From Eutreptiella sp. 'Long Island Sound 2002' (taxonomy: Eukaryota > Protista > Euglenida), in assembly GCA_964036045.1 (NCBI GenBank), contig OZ038378.1:9982001-10046000 (forward strand): 64,000 nt of DNA, given 5' to 3'. Positions within the stretch are counted from its first letter, which is position 1. The number at the start of each line of letters is the position of its first letter. The notes under the pieces were generated by a model that was given only the letters and a program-made list of their open reading frames with translations, was not told where the DNA came from and did no database searches. Shown piece by piece: positions 49,001-59,438 of the stretch. The translations under genes were made by a program, and so were the position numbers.

Positions 49001-52000
49001 GGACAGTTAGAAGTGTGTTGAGCTGGGGGGTGTGTGTTAAGTGTGTTAAGGAGGTTACCCACCCCTCCCCATCGTGCAAACAACGCTTGGGCCAAACATC
49101 ATGGGCTCACTTTGTGGTTGGGGAGTCATGCGTGTGTTTGCTGTAATTGTGGCAATAGTTTGGGGGCTGGGGATGGGATTTGTTATTTCGCAGTACATTT
49201 AGGCTGTCTGAAGGGGTGTGGTACGCCGCACCAGTCCCCAAAGGGTCCATTTTCGGGCACAGTGTCCTGAGACATGTGTGCGGAGGGCCAGCCATCAACA
49301 ATCCTGCGTCCAAACAACGCCCGAAGTTGTTGCTGGTAGGGTGAAGGTGTGAGACAATTGCGTTGTATTGTCAGGCATTGGCCGAACAAAGGGAGGGTGA
49401 CACCATCAAGGCATGCCAGCAACACAAAATATTTCATGGAATCCATTAGGAGACCACCCTTTTGGGGGTGTAGACTTGCTCACCTGTAATATACTCAGGG
49501 TGCAGGTCCACAGCCTCACCAAGCACATTCTGTGTGGTTGCAGAATGCATGCTTTTGCAAAGGTACGGTATGGTATGCAAGAACACTGATGGCGTCTCGC
49601 GGCCTCTTTGGGGGTGTAGATTTCGAAAAGAGCATTCTTCCTCTTCCGCAGTTGTTTTGCATTCTGGAGAAAGGGGGTGGGGCGCTTTGTAGGGCATGAG
49701 GGGTCATTTGACCCGCACCTTGGATTTCCTGAAATGGGTGGTGGACCAAAGGGGACCTGATCAGGTGAAGGGATTCAGCCAGTCAGGGCTGTGGAGCGGA
49801 GACAGCTGGACAGAGCTGTCCCAAAAGCAGCATTCAAGAGCTCCCAGTCACATGAGCACAAAGATCGAGCATCACGATTGGGTAATGTCCATTCAAAGCG
49901 AGATCAATGCAAATCACTTTGAAGTCCCCCCCCCCCCCCAATCCCTTGCCACTTGCTTAGAGACGTCACATGGTTCAGCTGTCATGTCACCTGACCCCTG
50001 GCCAAAAGGTCTCCACATCGACCACCAGGTGGGTCATACATAACAATGCCAAGCCCTCCAAAGCGCAAGGATTTCCCCACTGAACCTCTGAGCTGGCAGG
50101 GGCTCATCATCGGCCGGTCGTACCGGGTCCATCTCTAACCTTGCCATTTCGTTGTTTCTTGCAGCTGCGGGAGCCGCGTGACGTCGCACAGCGGTCTGGA
50201 CAGCCCCGGCAGGACGTTTATGGAGGGCAGTGCCACGGATGAGCTGTTCAAGCAGCTGGTCCGGATGCTGCTGGTGTCCGCCACGAGGTACACGCCCGCT
50301 GATCTCGAAAGTGCGGCCATTTTCCGCCCGCGGGCCCTGACAGAGCGGTCCTTTGGCATGCTGTGGCAGGACATCCAGGGGCACCCCAACAGCCGGCTGC
50401 ACTACCGCGTGCGGCGCGAGTGGCTGCAGTGCCTCGCGAAGCAGGTCTGGGCGTTCCTGGACACGCCGCTCTTTTGGGTGCGGCCCCAGCAACCGGCCCC
50501 AGGGCAGGCGCTGGCAGAGCCTCTTGGCAGAAACGACACGAAGGGCGATGCTGCCCCCCTGGGGCTGCACAGCGAGGGGCCCTTGGCGCGAGGCTGCGCG
50601 GCCACCAAGGAGCCAGTGGTGGTATGGTTCTGCTTGCACTGCGCAAGGGGAGAGGGTTGTGGGTAACCGCAGTGGGTAGGCGAGTTACGGATGGGCCACT
50701 GGTGTCCCTGGCCTGACCTCCCAACTGCTTCATACCCCCCTCCTCCCCCTTGCACAGACAACGCTTTGTCCAAACAACACTGGGTTGTGTATAAACAGCC
50801 CCTAAAATATTATTGGGTACAATGTCCTGAGGCATGTGTGTCACAAGCAAACAATGTTTTGTCCAAACAACACCAGATGTTATTTCCGCAACTTTTTGTC
50901 TTTTTGCTGTTGTTTGTGCGATGGGGATGAGGGTGTGAAATCACACATGGGCTGAGGGATAACGAATGGTGCCAATGTAAAACAGGAAGGCGGAAGGTGG
51001 TTACCTTTGGGCCAGTGGTGATTGCTGCATGGGGGGGGGGGGGCTCAGGAAGGGAGAAGTTCGCAGGGAAAATTTCGCCGTTAAGAAAAATGGGGAAATT
51101 TTTCGCGGCGTGTGACCAACAACTGCACTGCGAATTCAGATACAGGTGAGTACTGTGAATTCAGACATGTGCAGTGGTGTACTAGGCGGAGGGAAGAGAT
51201 GTGTTTCATAGAGTTCCCAGCACGCCCCACACACCCAAAAGAAAAGGCGGCCCTGCAACATTGAGTTATGGGCGCGCTGGGAGGGCCCTGCATTCTCTTG
51301 CGTGCATCCCACGGGGGGGTGGCCGGGCCCGGTCCTTGTATGCGACCCCCCCCAGCCCCCCCCCCCCTCCCCCCCCCCCCGGGTTTTGAAAGATAGTGGT
51401 GCCGGGTTGGCCACCAACAAGTGTCTCTAGAGAAAACTGTCTGGCGCCGAAGGCGCCAAAATTTTTTTTCATACTATGTGTTTATACTCAAAATACTCAA
51501 AACTTTGTAGAGAAATCATACTTGTGTTAAAACAACAAGAAAAAAATTTGACCCGAAGGAGGGCTACAGGAGGGCTACAGGCCCTAACAGCAACCACAAC
51601 CCTAGCCCTAATCAAGACTGAATATTGGGACCGAGCTGGTGGGGGAGGGAGCATCAGGGGGGTCCTTAAAGGACGAGATTTTTTTTTTTTGCTAAGGACA
51701 GCCCTTAAGGACCACCAACCGCCAACCGCCAACTCCCATCAACTGCCAGCCGCCACCAACCGCCAACCACCAACCGCCACCAACCGCCAGCCACCAACCG
51801 CCGCCAACCGCCAGCGGTGACCAACCGCCAACTGCCAACCACTGCGAACTGCCTCCAACCACCAACCGCCAGCCACCAACCGCCGCCAACCACCACCAAC
51901 CGCCACCAACCGCCAGTTGCCAACCGCCAACCGCCAACCGCCGCCAACCGCCAACTGCCAACTGCCACCAACCATGGTTGAGCACATGGAGTGCCCGCGG

Positions 52001-55000
52001 GCTTTTTTGGGAAACCGGAACACTTTTTTTCCTTTTCCGGTAAGGACACCCTTGGGGAACATCAACTATGACTGGTGAGGGACATCAAGAATGATTCACA
52101 CATTGATGGCTCTTGATAAAGTGAAATCAGCTTGCAAGTGAACCCCATCACCACAAGGCCCACTTTCAAGGCTTTTTGGACTTGTGAGGGGCCAAAATGC
52201 CCCAAAATGGGCTCAAAATGGGCTCATTTCACCCGTTTGTGCACCCCAAATGGTCTAGGATGAGGTTTGGAAAAATGCGTTTTTGACCCATTTTTGACCC
52301 ATTTTTGGCCCCAAAACAGCCCATTTTCAAGGCATTTTGGGATTTTCGGAGGACCAAAATGGGCCACCCCAAGCTCAAAACGGTCCAAAAACACTTGTTT
52401 TAGCATCGCACATGGTCTAGGATCATTTTTTAGAAAAGTCATCTTTTTGCCCCTACTGGACCCTGTTGACCCATTTGGGCACCCACCTGTTTGGGCTTGA
52501 GCTTGCAGCTTGCCGCAACCTAGTGGGCCTAGGTACGGGGGTCTAGGCGTCCATTTGGGCAATTCTGAGGGTTGGAAACCACAAAAAGTGGGGGGTTGCG
52601 GGTGGAGTAGGTGCCCTCGGAATCGCATTTTGAGCCATGTAGCCAAAGATATGGCCTATTCTTGGTTTGTGGATGTTGGCAACCAATCTCGAGCTTCTGG
52701 GGGCCTTTTTGGGCTGTTTCCGGGACATATCATGGAGTCAGAGGGCCGCAAAGAGCTCGTTGACACGGGGAAGTCAAGCCGCACGTGGAGTGCACCCACC
52801 GTTTGCCTTCGTTTGGCCGTTTTGAATGCGTTCCAGAGCTTCTTCGGCCCAAAAATGGCTGTTTTTGGCCCTAAACTGCAGTTTTTGAAACTGAGGTCCG
52901 CCACTTGCGGACCCCGTTCCCGGCCGCCACCGTCGAGTTTCTTGCTCATACTTTGTGTGATTGTACTTCACACCCATAGGTATCATCCACCAAAATTTCA
53001 CCTGAATCTGAAGCACCATGACGGAGTTCTGATTTTGGCCCATTTCGCGCGTGCTGCTTGCTTGCTGCTTGCTTGCTGCTTGCTGCTTGCTTGCTTGCTG
53101 CTAAACCTGCTAGGTCCACCCTAGACACTAAAAAGGGTTATAAAACCAAGACTGGTTCCACCAGCTCGGTGACCCTAACCCTAGGGCTAATCAAGACTGA
53201 ATATTGGGACCGAGCTGGTGGGGGAGGGAACATCAGCTATGACTGGTGAGGGCCATCAAGAATGATTCACACATTGATGGCTCTTGACAAATCCGGAATC
53301 GGCTTGCAAGTGAACCCCATCACCACGAGGCCCACTTTCAAGGCTTTTTGGACTTCTGAGGGGCCAAAATACCCCAAAATGGGCTCAAAATGGGCTCATT
53401 TCACCCGTTTGTGCACCCCAAATGGTCTAGGATGAGGTTTGGAAAAATGCGTTTTTGACCCATTTTTGACCCATTTTTGGTCCCAAAACAGCCCATTTTC
53501 AAGGCATTTTGGGATTTTCGAAGGACCAAAATGGGCCACCACAAGCTCAAAACACTTGTTTTAGCGTCGCACATGGTCGAGGATCATTTTTTAGAAAAGT
53601 CATTTTTTTACCCCTACTGGACCCTGTTGACCCATTTGGGCACCCACCTGTTTGGGCTTGAGCTCGCAGCTTGCCGCAACCTAGTGGGCCTAGGTATGGG
53701 GGTCTAGGCGTCCATTTGGGCAATTCTGAGGGTTGGAAACCACAAAAAGTGGGGGGTTGCGGGTGGAGTAGGTGCCCTCGGAATCGCATTTTGAGCCATG
53801 TAGCCAAAGATATGGCCTATTCTTGGTTTGTGGCCGTCGGCATTTGGAGCTTCTGGGGGCCTTTTTGGGCCGTTTCCACGACATATCATGGAGTTAGAGG
53901 GCCGCAAAGAGCTCGTTGACATGGGGAAGTCAAGCCGCAACTGGAGTGTACCCACCGTTTCCCTTTGTTTGGCCGTTTTGAATGTGTTCCAGGGCTTTTT
54001 AAGCCCAAAAATGGCTGTTTTTGGCCCTAAACTGCAGTTTTTGAAACTGAGGTCCGCCACTTGCGAATCCCGTTCCCGGCCGCCACCGTTGAGTTTCTTG
54101 CTCAAACTTTGTGTGATTGTACTTCACACCCATAGGTATCATCCACCAAAATTTCACCCGAATCCGAAGCACCACGACGGAGTTCTGATTTTGGCCCATT
54201 TCGCGCGTGCTGCTTGCTTGCTGCTTGCTTGCTGCTTGCTGCTTGCTTGCTAAACCTGGTAGGTCCACCCTAGACACTAAAAAGGGTTATAAAACCAAGA
54301 CTGGTTCCACCAGCTCGGTGACCCTAACCCCAATCAAGACTGAATATTGGGACCGAGCTGGTGGGGGAGGGAACATCAGCTATGACTGGTGAGGGCCATC
54401 AAGAATGATTCACACATTGATGGCTCTTGACAAAGTGGAATCAGCTTGCAAGTGAACCCCATCACCACGAGGCCCACTTTCAAGGCTTTTTGGACTTTTG
54501 AGGGGCCAAAATACCCCAAAATGGGCTCAAAATGGGCTCATTTCACCCGTTTGTGCACCCCAAATGGTCTAGGATGAGGTTTGGAAAAATGCGTTTTTGA
54601 CCCATTTTTGACCCATTTTTGGCCCCAAAACAGCCCATTTTCAAGGCATTTTGGGATTTTCGGAGGACCAAAATGGGCCACCACAAGCTCAAAACGGTCC
54701 AAAAACACTTGTTTTAGCGTCGCACATGGTCTAGGATCATTTTTTAGAAAAGTCATCTTTTTGCCCCTACTGGACCCTGTTGACCCATTTGGGCACCCAC
54801 CTGTTTGGGCTTGAGCTTGCAGCTTGCCGCAACCTAGTGGGCCTAGGTATTGGGGTGTAGGCGTCCATTTGGGCAATTCTGAGGGTTGGAAACCACAAAA
54901 AGTGGGGGGTTGCGGGTGGAGTAGGTGCCCTCGGAATCGCATTTTGAGCCATGTAGCCAAAGATATGGCCTATTCTTGGTTTGTGGATGTTGGCAACCAA

Positions 55001-58000
55001 TCTCGAGCTTCTGGGGGCCTTTTTGGGCTGTTTCCGGGACATATCATGGAGTTAGAGGGCCGCAAAGAGCTCGTTGACACGGGGAAGTCAAGCCGCACGT
55101 GGAGTGTAACCACCGTTTGCCTTCGTTTGGCCGTTTTGAATGCGTTCCAGAGCTTCTTCGGCCCAAAAATGGCTGTTTTTGGCCCTAAACTGCAGTTTTT
55201 GAAACTGAGGTGCGCCACTTGCGGATCCCGTTCCCGGCCACCACCGTCGAGTTTCTCGCTCCAACTTTGTGTGATTGTACTTCACACCCATAGGTATCAT
55301 CCACCAAAATTTCACCTGAATCCAAAGCACCACGACGGAGTTCTGATTTTGGCCCATTTCGCGCGTGCTGCTTGCTTGCTGCTTGCTTGCTGCTTGCTGC
55401 TTGCTTGCTTGCTGCTGCTAAACCTGGTAGGTCCACTCTAGACACTAAAAAGGGTTATAAAACCAAGACTGGTTCCACCAGCTCGGTGACCTTAACCCTA
55501 ACCCTAACCCCCCCCCCCCTCACCCCTGGCTGGACACCCCCATGACCCCCGGCTAGGACCCACCCCCCGACCCCCGGCAGGAACCCCCCCCCCCGACCCC
55601 CGGGAGGACCCCCCCCCCAACCCCCGGCTGGACCCCCCCCCTGCCCCCCCCCCCCCCCCCGAGTTTTGAAAGATAGTTGGGGGGTGGGTCGCATCAGGAC
55701 CAGTTGTAGCCCCCCCCCCGTGGTGCATCCGGGTGGCGTTGTGTGGCTCGGTGATCCTTCCAACAGTTCGCAACATGCAGCGGTTGTGTGACTGGAATGC
55801 ATTGGAACTAAGAGGAACCATCGAGAGCCCACCACGAAACAACGGCAAGCTTCAGGATTCCTGAAGGTGGCGAAATTTTTCCCTTCCGAAATCATCCCCC
55901 CCCCCTTGTAACACACACATACATGTTACCAACCCTTAGGTAACCTTTCACCCCCTCCCAACAGCAGGCAACCTGCTTCGGCCCCGCGATAGGGCCGTGG
56001 TTGAACAAACACCCCAAGCAAATAACTACCTGGGCCCCACTACAGGGCCCTAGTCCCTGGAGGAGCACACAGCAAGCGCACAGCCACACAGGCCCCACTG
56101 CACAGCCCTGGTACAAGAACTGTAGACACCAACAGCTGGCAAGAAAGCCCCCGCCCACTCCACCTGACCTGTGGGTCTTTTAGGGGATGACCTCTTCAGA
56201 GGCGCCAAAGGGACATGGTCTATGAGTCGGGAAACAGCCCTCACACCAAGCATGTCCTGATGGTTTGCCCCCTTGCAAGTCACTAAAAGACACAGCACTG
56301 TGTGGGGGCCACCAACAACAGAGCAAACAGGAGCCATTAGGATGGCCCAAGAGATCTCCACAAGGGCACAAGGGACAGGTGGAAATGGGGGAGGTCACCG
56401 GGGTGGGGGGGGGGGCAGCTGCAGGCCTTGACGCCCTCCCCCCCCCCCCAAAGTGGCAAAAATGTTTTGCAGGTCTCAACCTTACTATGCGCCAATATGG
56501 GGGAATTGGCTGGCGCCACAGGTGCTGGGATTTTTTTTTTTGCCCATTGGAAAGGGTCAGTGAAATTGTTTACCCATGCTCAAAATGCTCAGCCTTTATG
56601 GTGAATTCAAATATGCATCAAAAAAATAATAAAAAAAATGATCCCAATGGGGTTCTGAGAAACTAGATCACGGGGTTTGCTACCGGACAGGACCCGACCC
56701 CAAGGGGGCAGGGTGGACCCTCCCCTCTACGGACCCTAAAACGGTTGCATGGAACAATGGGTTTTGTGGGCGCCGCAGGAACCGCAGATTTTGTTTATTC
56801 TTACGGTACGGGTGAATTTTTGTTTTCACCGGGTGTTTTTATACTCAAAATGCTCAGACTTTGCAGGGGATTTCAAGCATGCCAAAGACCTGTGAAACAA
56901 TTTTCTGCCCATTTGCTTCCCACTTCAGGTCTCATCCCCCGCGTTGAGTGTTCGGGATTGAGCGCCGGTGGTTACATAGTGTGCTCTTTCTTGTTCTCTG
57001 TTGCCGACTCTTGGGCTCTTCGAGCGCCAGTGGTCACATAGTGTGTTCTTTTTTTTTTCCTCCCTTGCCAACTCTCGGGCTCTTTGAGCGCCGGTGGTCA
57101 AATAGTGCACTCTTTTTTCTGCCCAATTCCATCAAACCGTCCATGTTTTGAGCGCTCGTGCAATACAAGGTGCTGTACAAATGTCGTTTGTTGCTCTTTC
57201 GGAAGATCCCGTGGAGGAAGGACATCCTCTTTTGCGACACAAATACGTTGAACATTTCAGGGAGGACTCTCTGGCCGCGTCCCCCTTGTATGGGAATGGC
57301 CAGGGTCTCCCCGGCGAGTGAACACGACGAACCCAGTGCTTTGTTGGTAAGTGATGCAGTGTGGAGATGTTGGGATTGAGTAGGCTTTTTCCGGTGGACC
57401 ACATAGTGCGCTTTTTCTTTTTGCCCAATTCCATCAAACCATCCATGTTTTGAGTGCCAGATCGTGCAAGACGAGGCAATATACAAATGTAGGTTGTTGC
57501 TCTTCCTAGAAAGTGTCCCCAGTAGCCACTCTTGGTCTTATGCCCTTCCCTAGAAAGTCATCCCTTGTTTGCAACAGGCGTAACAGGTTGCTAAGGTTCC
57601 CGGTGTGGCTAGGAATACCCAAGCCGATGATAGCCTACCTCTATTGGCGTAAGGGGCGGTGCAAAATGTTATATCACACCTGGGCTGCACCAACCGTTCG
57701 GAGGTGCCCGACAAAAAGGTAGTGGGTGCGGGTCTACGGTTTGTGTCCAGGGGGTTGGGGGGTGGGGGGCCCCGCCCCCCCACAACCCCCAAAACGGTTG
57801 AACACCCCTTGGGGGGAGTCGGGAGCAACCCCCGTGAACTAGATATCGTGAGGGGCTTTCAGGGGGTTCCTTAAGGAATCTTTTTCTTGTTAAGGACCGC
57901 CCTTGACGGCGCTGTTTTAGAGGCCAATACTGGCCATCCCCCCCCCCCCCCCATCGGGGACCCCTGAGGAGGCAAGGGGAGGAGGCGCTTGCATATTGTG

Positions 58001-58853
58001 TGACGTACGACACCTCGGAGTCGTACAACGCTTCGGATTGTACAACGCATCGGGGCCGTATGACATGTTAGGGCCGTATGATGCGTTGGGGCCATACAAT
58101 GGGTCGGGGCCGTGCGACACGTCGGGGCCGTACAACACCTTGAACCACACCTCCCGATTGCGTTGTACGCTCCCGGCATCGGGCTCCGACGCCTTGTACG
58201 ACGCCCCAACGTGTCGTGCAATGCATTTCTGACAATTCTCCTGCTTTTTGCGTTAGGGTGTGCTAGCTTGAGTTTGTAGGAGGAAATTGTCTAAACTGCC
58301 AGTCCCCGGCCATGGGGCAACAAATGGCATTTTTACTCAGCCTATCTGGCAACCCCCCTGCCCCCCCAACCATGAGCTTATTGGCTCTGAGTGTGGGTGG
58401 GTGGGTCGGGGGGTCACCAAGTGGGTGGCTTGGCGGGTGGCGGATTTCCATCCACACCATTCCTGCCTTCTCCAATTATCCGACATAAACTACAAAACAG
58501 AGGCAACACTGTACAGCAAATTTATGCGAGACGCCGAATTATGCTCCTGCCTTTACCCATGGTGCCCCTTGCATCATCTTTGTCCCCAGGCCCGCCTGCT
58601 GGTCACCAAGGACCTCATTCACACGGATCTGTGCTCGCCCTCACGCATCCGCTTCCCTGTTGGCAAGCGCAATAGCAAGCGGCGTAGGCAGCGCTACCTA
58701 CTTGCCACAGTCTTCCAGGAGCATGAAGTGGGCCGGCTCAGAGACCTCCTCACGCGCCTGGCGAGGTACAGTTGGAAGCTCAATATTACCAACAGCAATG
58801 GCTACCACCGGTTTAGCCGCATCAGTGTCCTCGTGCGCCACGAACGTGGGGAG
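15516..58853 (+). CDS. Giant multidomain protein gene: caspase - ankyrin repeats - RING - 2x CesT-like - pseudo-caspase - U-box - unknown C-terminus (17 linked exons, 2450 codons; start and stop not identified)
   Basis: Exons 15516-15574, 16335-16615, 18006-18147, 19370-20094, 21364-21994, 25174-25747, 25949-26275, 31068-31508, 32544-33074, 36583-37408, 38823-39337, 40878-41183, 44727-45343, 47006-47429, 48750-48979, 50165-50621, 58590-58853. All GT-AG with matching phases and lengths consistent with the phases; several junctions complete domain motifs in register (e.g. TALHIAVNG|ALEKFVDKLL). The first exon and the joins after 41183 are less certain. Confidence 0.8.
15752..16184 (+). repeat. 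~430-bp dispersed repeat, inverted relative to 26943-27381
   Basis: agttcaaaacgggccgcaaaggtgttttt...ccacagggccc matches the reverse complement of 26943-27381 with few indels. Confidence 0.9.
16335..19450 (+). CDS. Caspase/metacaspase (peptidase C14) domain 1, His-Cys dyad retained (exons 16335-16615, 18006-18147, start of 19370)
   Basis: LPYAAIDA...LQARGYSVTLL...AT...FWYAGHS (His codon 16507-16509) ...QQIKEG|GAADHFFSVLDCCHAG (Cys codon 18044-18046) ...FDVFTST...YQSFTARM (p10-like). Confidence 0.85.
18898..19128. mobile_element. hAT-type MITE
   Basis: 17-bp perfect TIR CAGGCCTTTGCTTAGTG, extended by GATACT and G/C runs; 8-bp TSD gtggtcaa/gtggtgaa. Confidence 0.9.
19900..25330 (+). CDS. Ankyrin repeat region (~7 repeats over three exons)
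   Basis: GQNPLHWA, QRTPLHLA, GYTPLYFA, HLTPLNQA, NNTPLISA, GDTALHIA and GETALDVA, with canonical spacing. Confidence 0.95.
23735..24015 (+). repeat. SINE-like dispersed repeat ending in AGGCCTTGTGCCAA plus a C-run
   Basis: Shares its terminal 14 nt and C-run with 5465-5590 and 7520-7640. Its translation (...SGERPIGAAKGKQSDTEALCQPPPP) recalls a high-copy euglenid repeat (from memory). Confidence 0.6.
25358..25480 (+). CDS. C3HC4 RING finger
   Basis: CLICSSLLYEPCTLSCGHTFCMYC...LCPFRC. Confidence 0.95.
25575..26190 (+). CDS. Type III secretion chaperone-like (CesT/Tir chaperone fold) domain 1
   Basis: LKFNENNTVHI...ELYVYHVLHK|GLP...LTMILEGNLLG...GGITI...IVLHM...ALREVITVFAKCAKGW matches the recalled CesT pattern (L.fd...; LL.aNl....ga.lgid; C-terminal helix ...f...a..W). 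No HMM run. Confidence 0.7.
26943..27381 (-). repeat. ~440-bp dispersed repeat, inverted partner of 15752-16184
   Basis: ORFs 26602..27243(-) and 15890..16186(+) translate to nearly identical peptides. Confidence 0.9.
27990..29240. repeat. Diverged ~550-bp tandem duplication or nested repeat family
   Basis: ccattgtgtgt(c/t)aatt(t/c)agacct at ~28158 and ~28708; gtgat(c/a)atttggtgacaat at ~28382 and ~28940; related sequence at ~59820-59890. Confidence 0.55.
31068..31470 (+). CDS. Type III secretion chaperone-like (CesT) domain 2
   Basis: NLHFDNNKTWHL...DCLYVFSPVWNGLP...LYEKLLRLNLF...GAGVGIDTHGDFVLIH...LLHDCTKLFMSQ; aligns by eye with domain 1. Confidence 0.75.
32750..37060 (+). CDS. Caspase-fold domain 2, catalytically dead (exons 32544-33074 and 36583-37408)
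   Basis: KLALCIGISKY...LPGCVEDA...FQKLGFHV...NESAT...FSGYG (Tyr at the His position, 33009-33011) ...HFILDCDFA (Asp at the Cys position, 36667-36669) ...WVMAAC...LGRFTYCCYSTL. Confidence 0.85.
41672..41830 (+). repeat. (CACCA)n pentanucleotide array with CACGC/CATGC variants
   Basis: Directly visible. Confidence 0.98.
41831..43426 (+). mobile_element. 5'-truncated non-LTR retrotransposon: RNase H plus C-terminal CCHC zinc knuckle and 3' UTR, flanked by (CACCA)n
   Basis: ORF open to the stop at 43259. RNase H residues VAVDAG / QEGEAMAL / VPDSEAAV / TPSHW..LNVRVDAA; zinc knuckle CLLCGTQPETAPHLWAC. No RT or APE (truncated) and no poly(A). Confidence 0.85.
43427..43460 (+). repeat. (CACCA)n array at the 3' end of the LINE
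   Basis: Directly visible. Confidence 0.95.
43490..44280 (+). repeat. Degenerate ~46-bp minisatellite (cactgcccactgccccgtgcagtgcagcggtgtac...aggag)
   Basis: Unit starts at about 43802, 43848, 43897, 43943, 43989 and 44035. Confidence 0.85.
43547..43741. mobile_element. hAT-type MITE with a GAATTC-rich core
   Basis: Imperfect TIR CAGGGATGCCGATTTG vs reverse complement TAAGGATGCAGGTTTG; 8-bp TSD aaggagag/aaggagac; core of repeated gaattc/cgaatt palindromes. Confidence 0.75.
44286..44522 (+). repeat. Perfect (CACCA)n array, ~47 units
   Basis: Directly visible. Confidence 0.99.
44790..45000 (+). CDS. U-box domain (divergent)
   Basis: PYYTDFITGLVKLRPVLTSDRRSYDEYSIKCWLTWFKSSPVTGRTL...DRDTREIIAEHL fits the PV...TY.R..I..WL....SP.T...L pattern; the N-terminal CPIT motif is degenerate (DFIT). 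Confidence 0.8.
45984..46300. mobile_element. hAT-type MITE carrying (TC)n and an inverted pair of telomere-like tracts
   Basis: Perfect 15-bp TIR CAGGGCGGTCCTTAA / TTAAGGACCGCCCTG; TSD cgacatgc/cgacacgc; core of degenerate (CCCTAA)n then (TTAGGG)n centred at ~46120. Confidence 0.92.
51611..55510 (+). mobile_element. Tandem array of three ~1.15-kb non-coding elements with 13-bp subterminal inverted repeats and CCCTAA-like spacers
   Basis: Units start at 51611, 53190 and 54333 (atcaagactgaatattggg). IR accgagctggtgg at 51630, 53209, 54352; its complement ccaccagctcggt at 53158, 54307, 55475. Each unit is followed by accctaaccc-like sequence and has an internal (TGCT)n tract. Confidence 0.9.
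51655..52054. mobile_element. hAT-type MITE (CAGGGCGGTCCTTAA TIR family) with an (AACCGCC)-like repeat core, inserted in array unit 1
   Basis: Left end CAGGGGGGTCCTTAA, right end GTAAGGACACCCTTG; TSD gggagcat/gggaacat; the empty site gggaacat-cagctatg is present in units 2 and 3. Confidence 0.9.
56955..57490 (+). repeat. Three ~63-bp tandem units plus a duplicated block
   Basis: gagcgcc(g/a)gtggt(t/c)a(c/a)atagtg at ~56960, 57022 and 57086; gcccaattccatcaaacc at ~57121 and ~57423. Confidence 0.8.
58030..58145 (+). repeat. 18-bp minisatellite (gtcggggccgtacgacac-like)
   Basis: Periodic gggccgta; the minus-strand ORF shows a period-6 peptide repeat. Confidence 0.8.
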
Positions 58854-59172
58854 GTGTGCTCCAGGGCGAGGGTTAATAGAGGGCAATTGGATTGAGAGGC
58901 AGTGATGAGACGATCACCCCCGGCCAGGCTTGTCCTGCGGGCTATTGGAAGGCGGACGGCCCGCCGAGGGGGAACCCGAGGCGAACCATGGACCAGGACA
59001 CGTTTGAGAGCCGAGTCCAAATCAAGGCACCATTCGGCACAATGGCAGTGTGGTACGCCCCTGCTCAGTAAGACAACCAAAAAGGAACCTTTTGCTTGAA
59101 CTTGGGCGTTTTACTGAACTGACCATTCCCCCTGAACCCGGGAGCTGCAGGGAGTGTGATGTGCTGTGGCAG

Positions 59173-59402
59173 GCCTCACCAGTCTCAAGACGTGTGCACC
59201 GGTCCTGTGGTCTGGTGGCTCGGCCCCGACCTCGTGCATCATGTCTCGCACTCTGCACCGCCGCCCGCGTGTCTCGGACACCGTGGCACATTGTAGGACC
59301 TGCGGTGGCTGCCACCGCCTCCGGGTGATCGCGCATACTGCACTGACTGCTTTGCGTAGGGCTCCCAGTGCCCCCGGTCAGGGCAACAATTCACATGCGC
59401 GC

Positions 59403-59438
<36 letters not shown>

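Noticed and set aside
52224-55445. Repeated ORFs (MATWLKMRF..., MPQPSGPRY...) as genes
   Set aside because: They are translations of the non-coding tandem unit; frames break differently between copies and there is no codon bias.
15516-58853. Bacterial contamination or a prokaryotic T3SS/caspase operon
   Set aside because: The domains are interrupted by kb-sized GT-AG introns full of eukaryotic transposons.
15516-58853. Euglenid non-conventional introns
   Set aside because: All junctions could be explained as GT-AG; I saw no convincing CAG/CTG end pairing where I checked (21995-25173).
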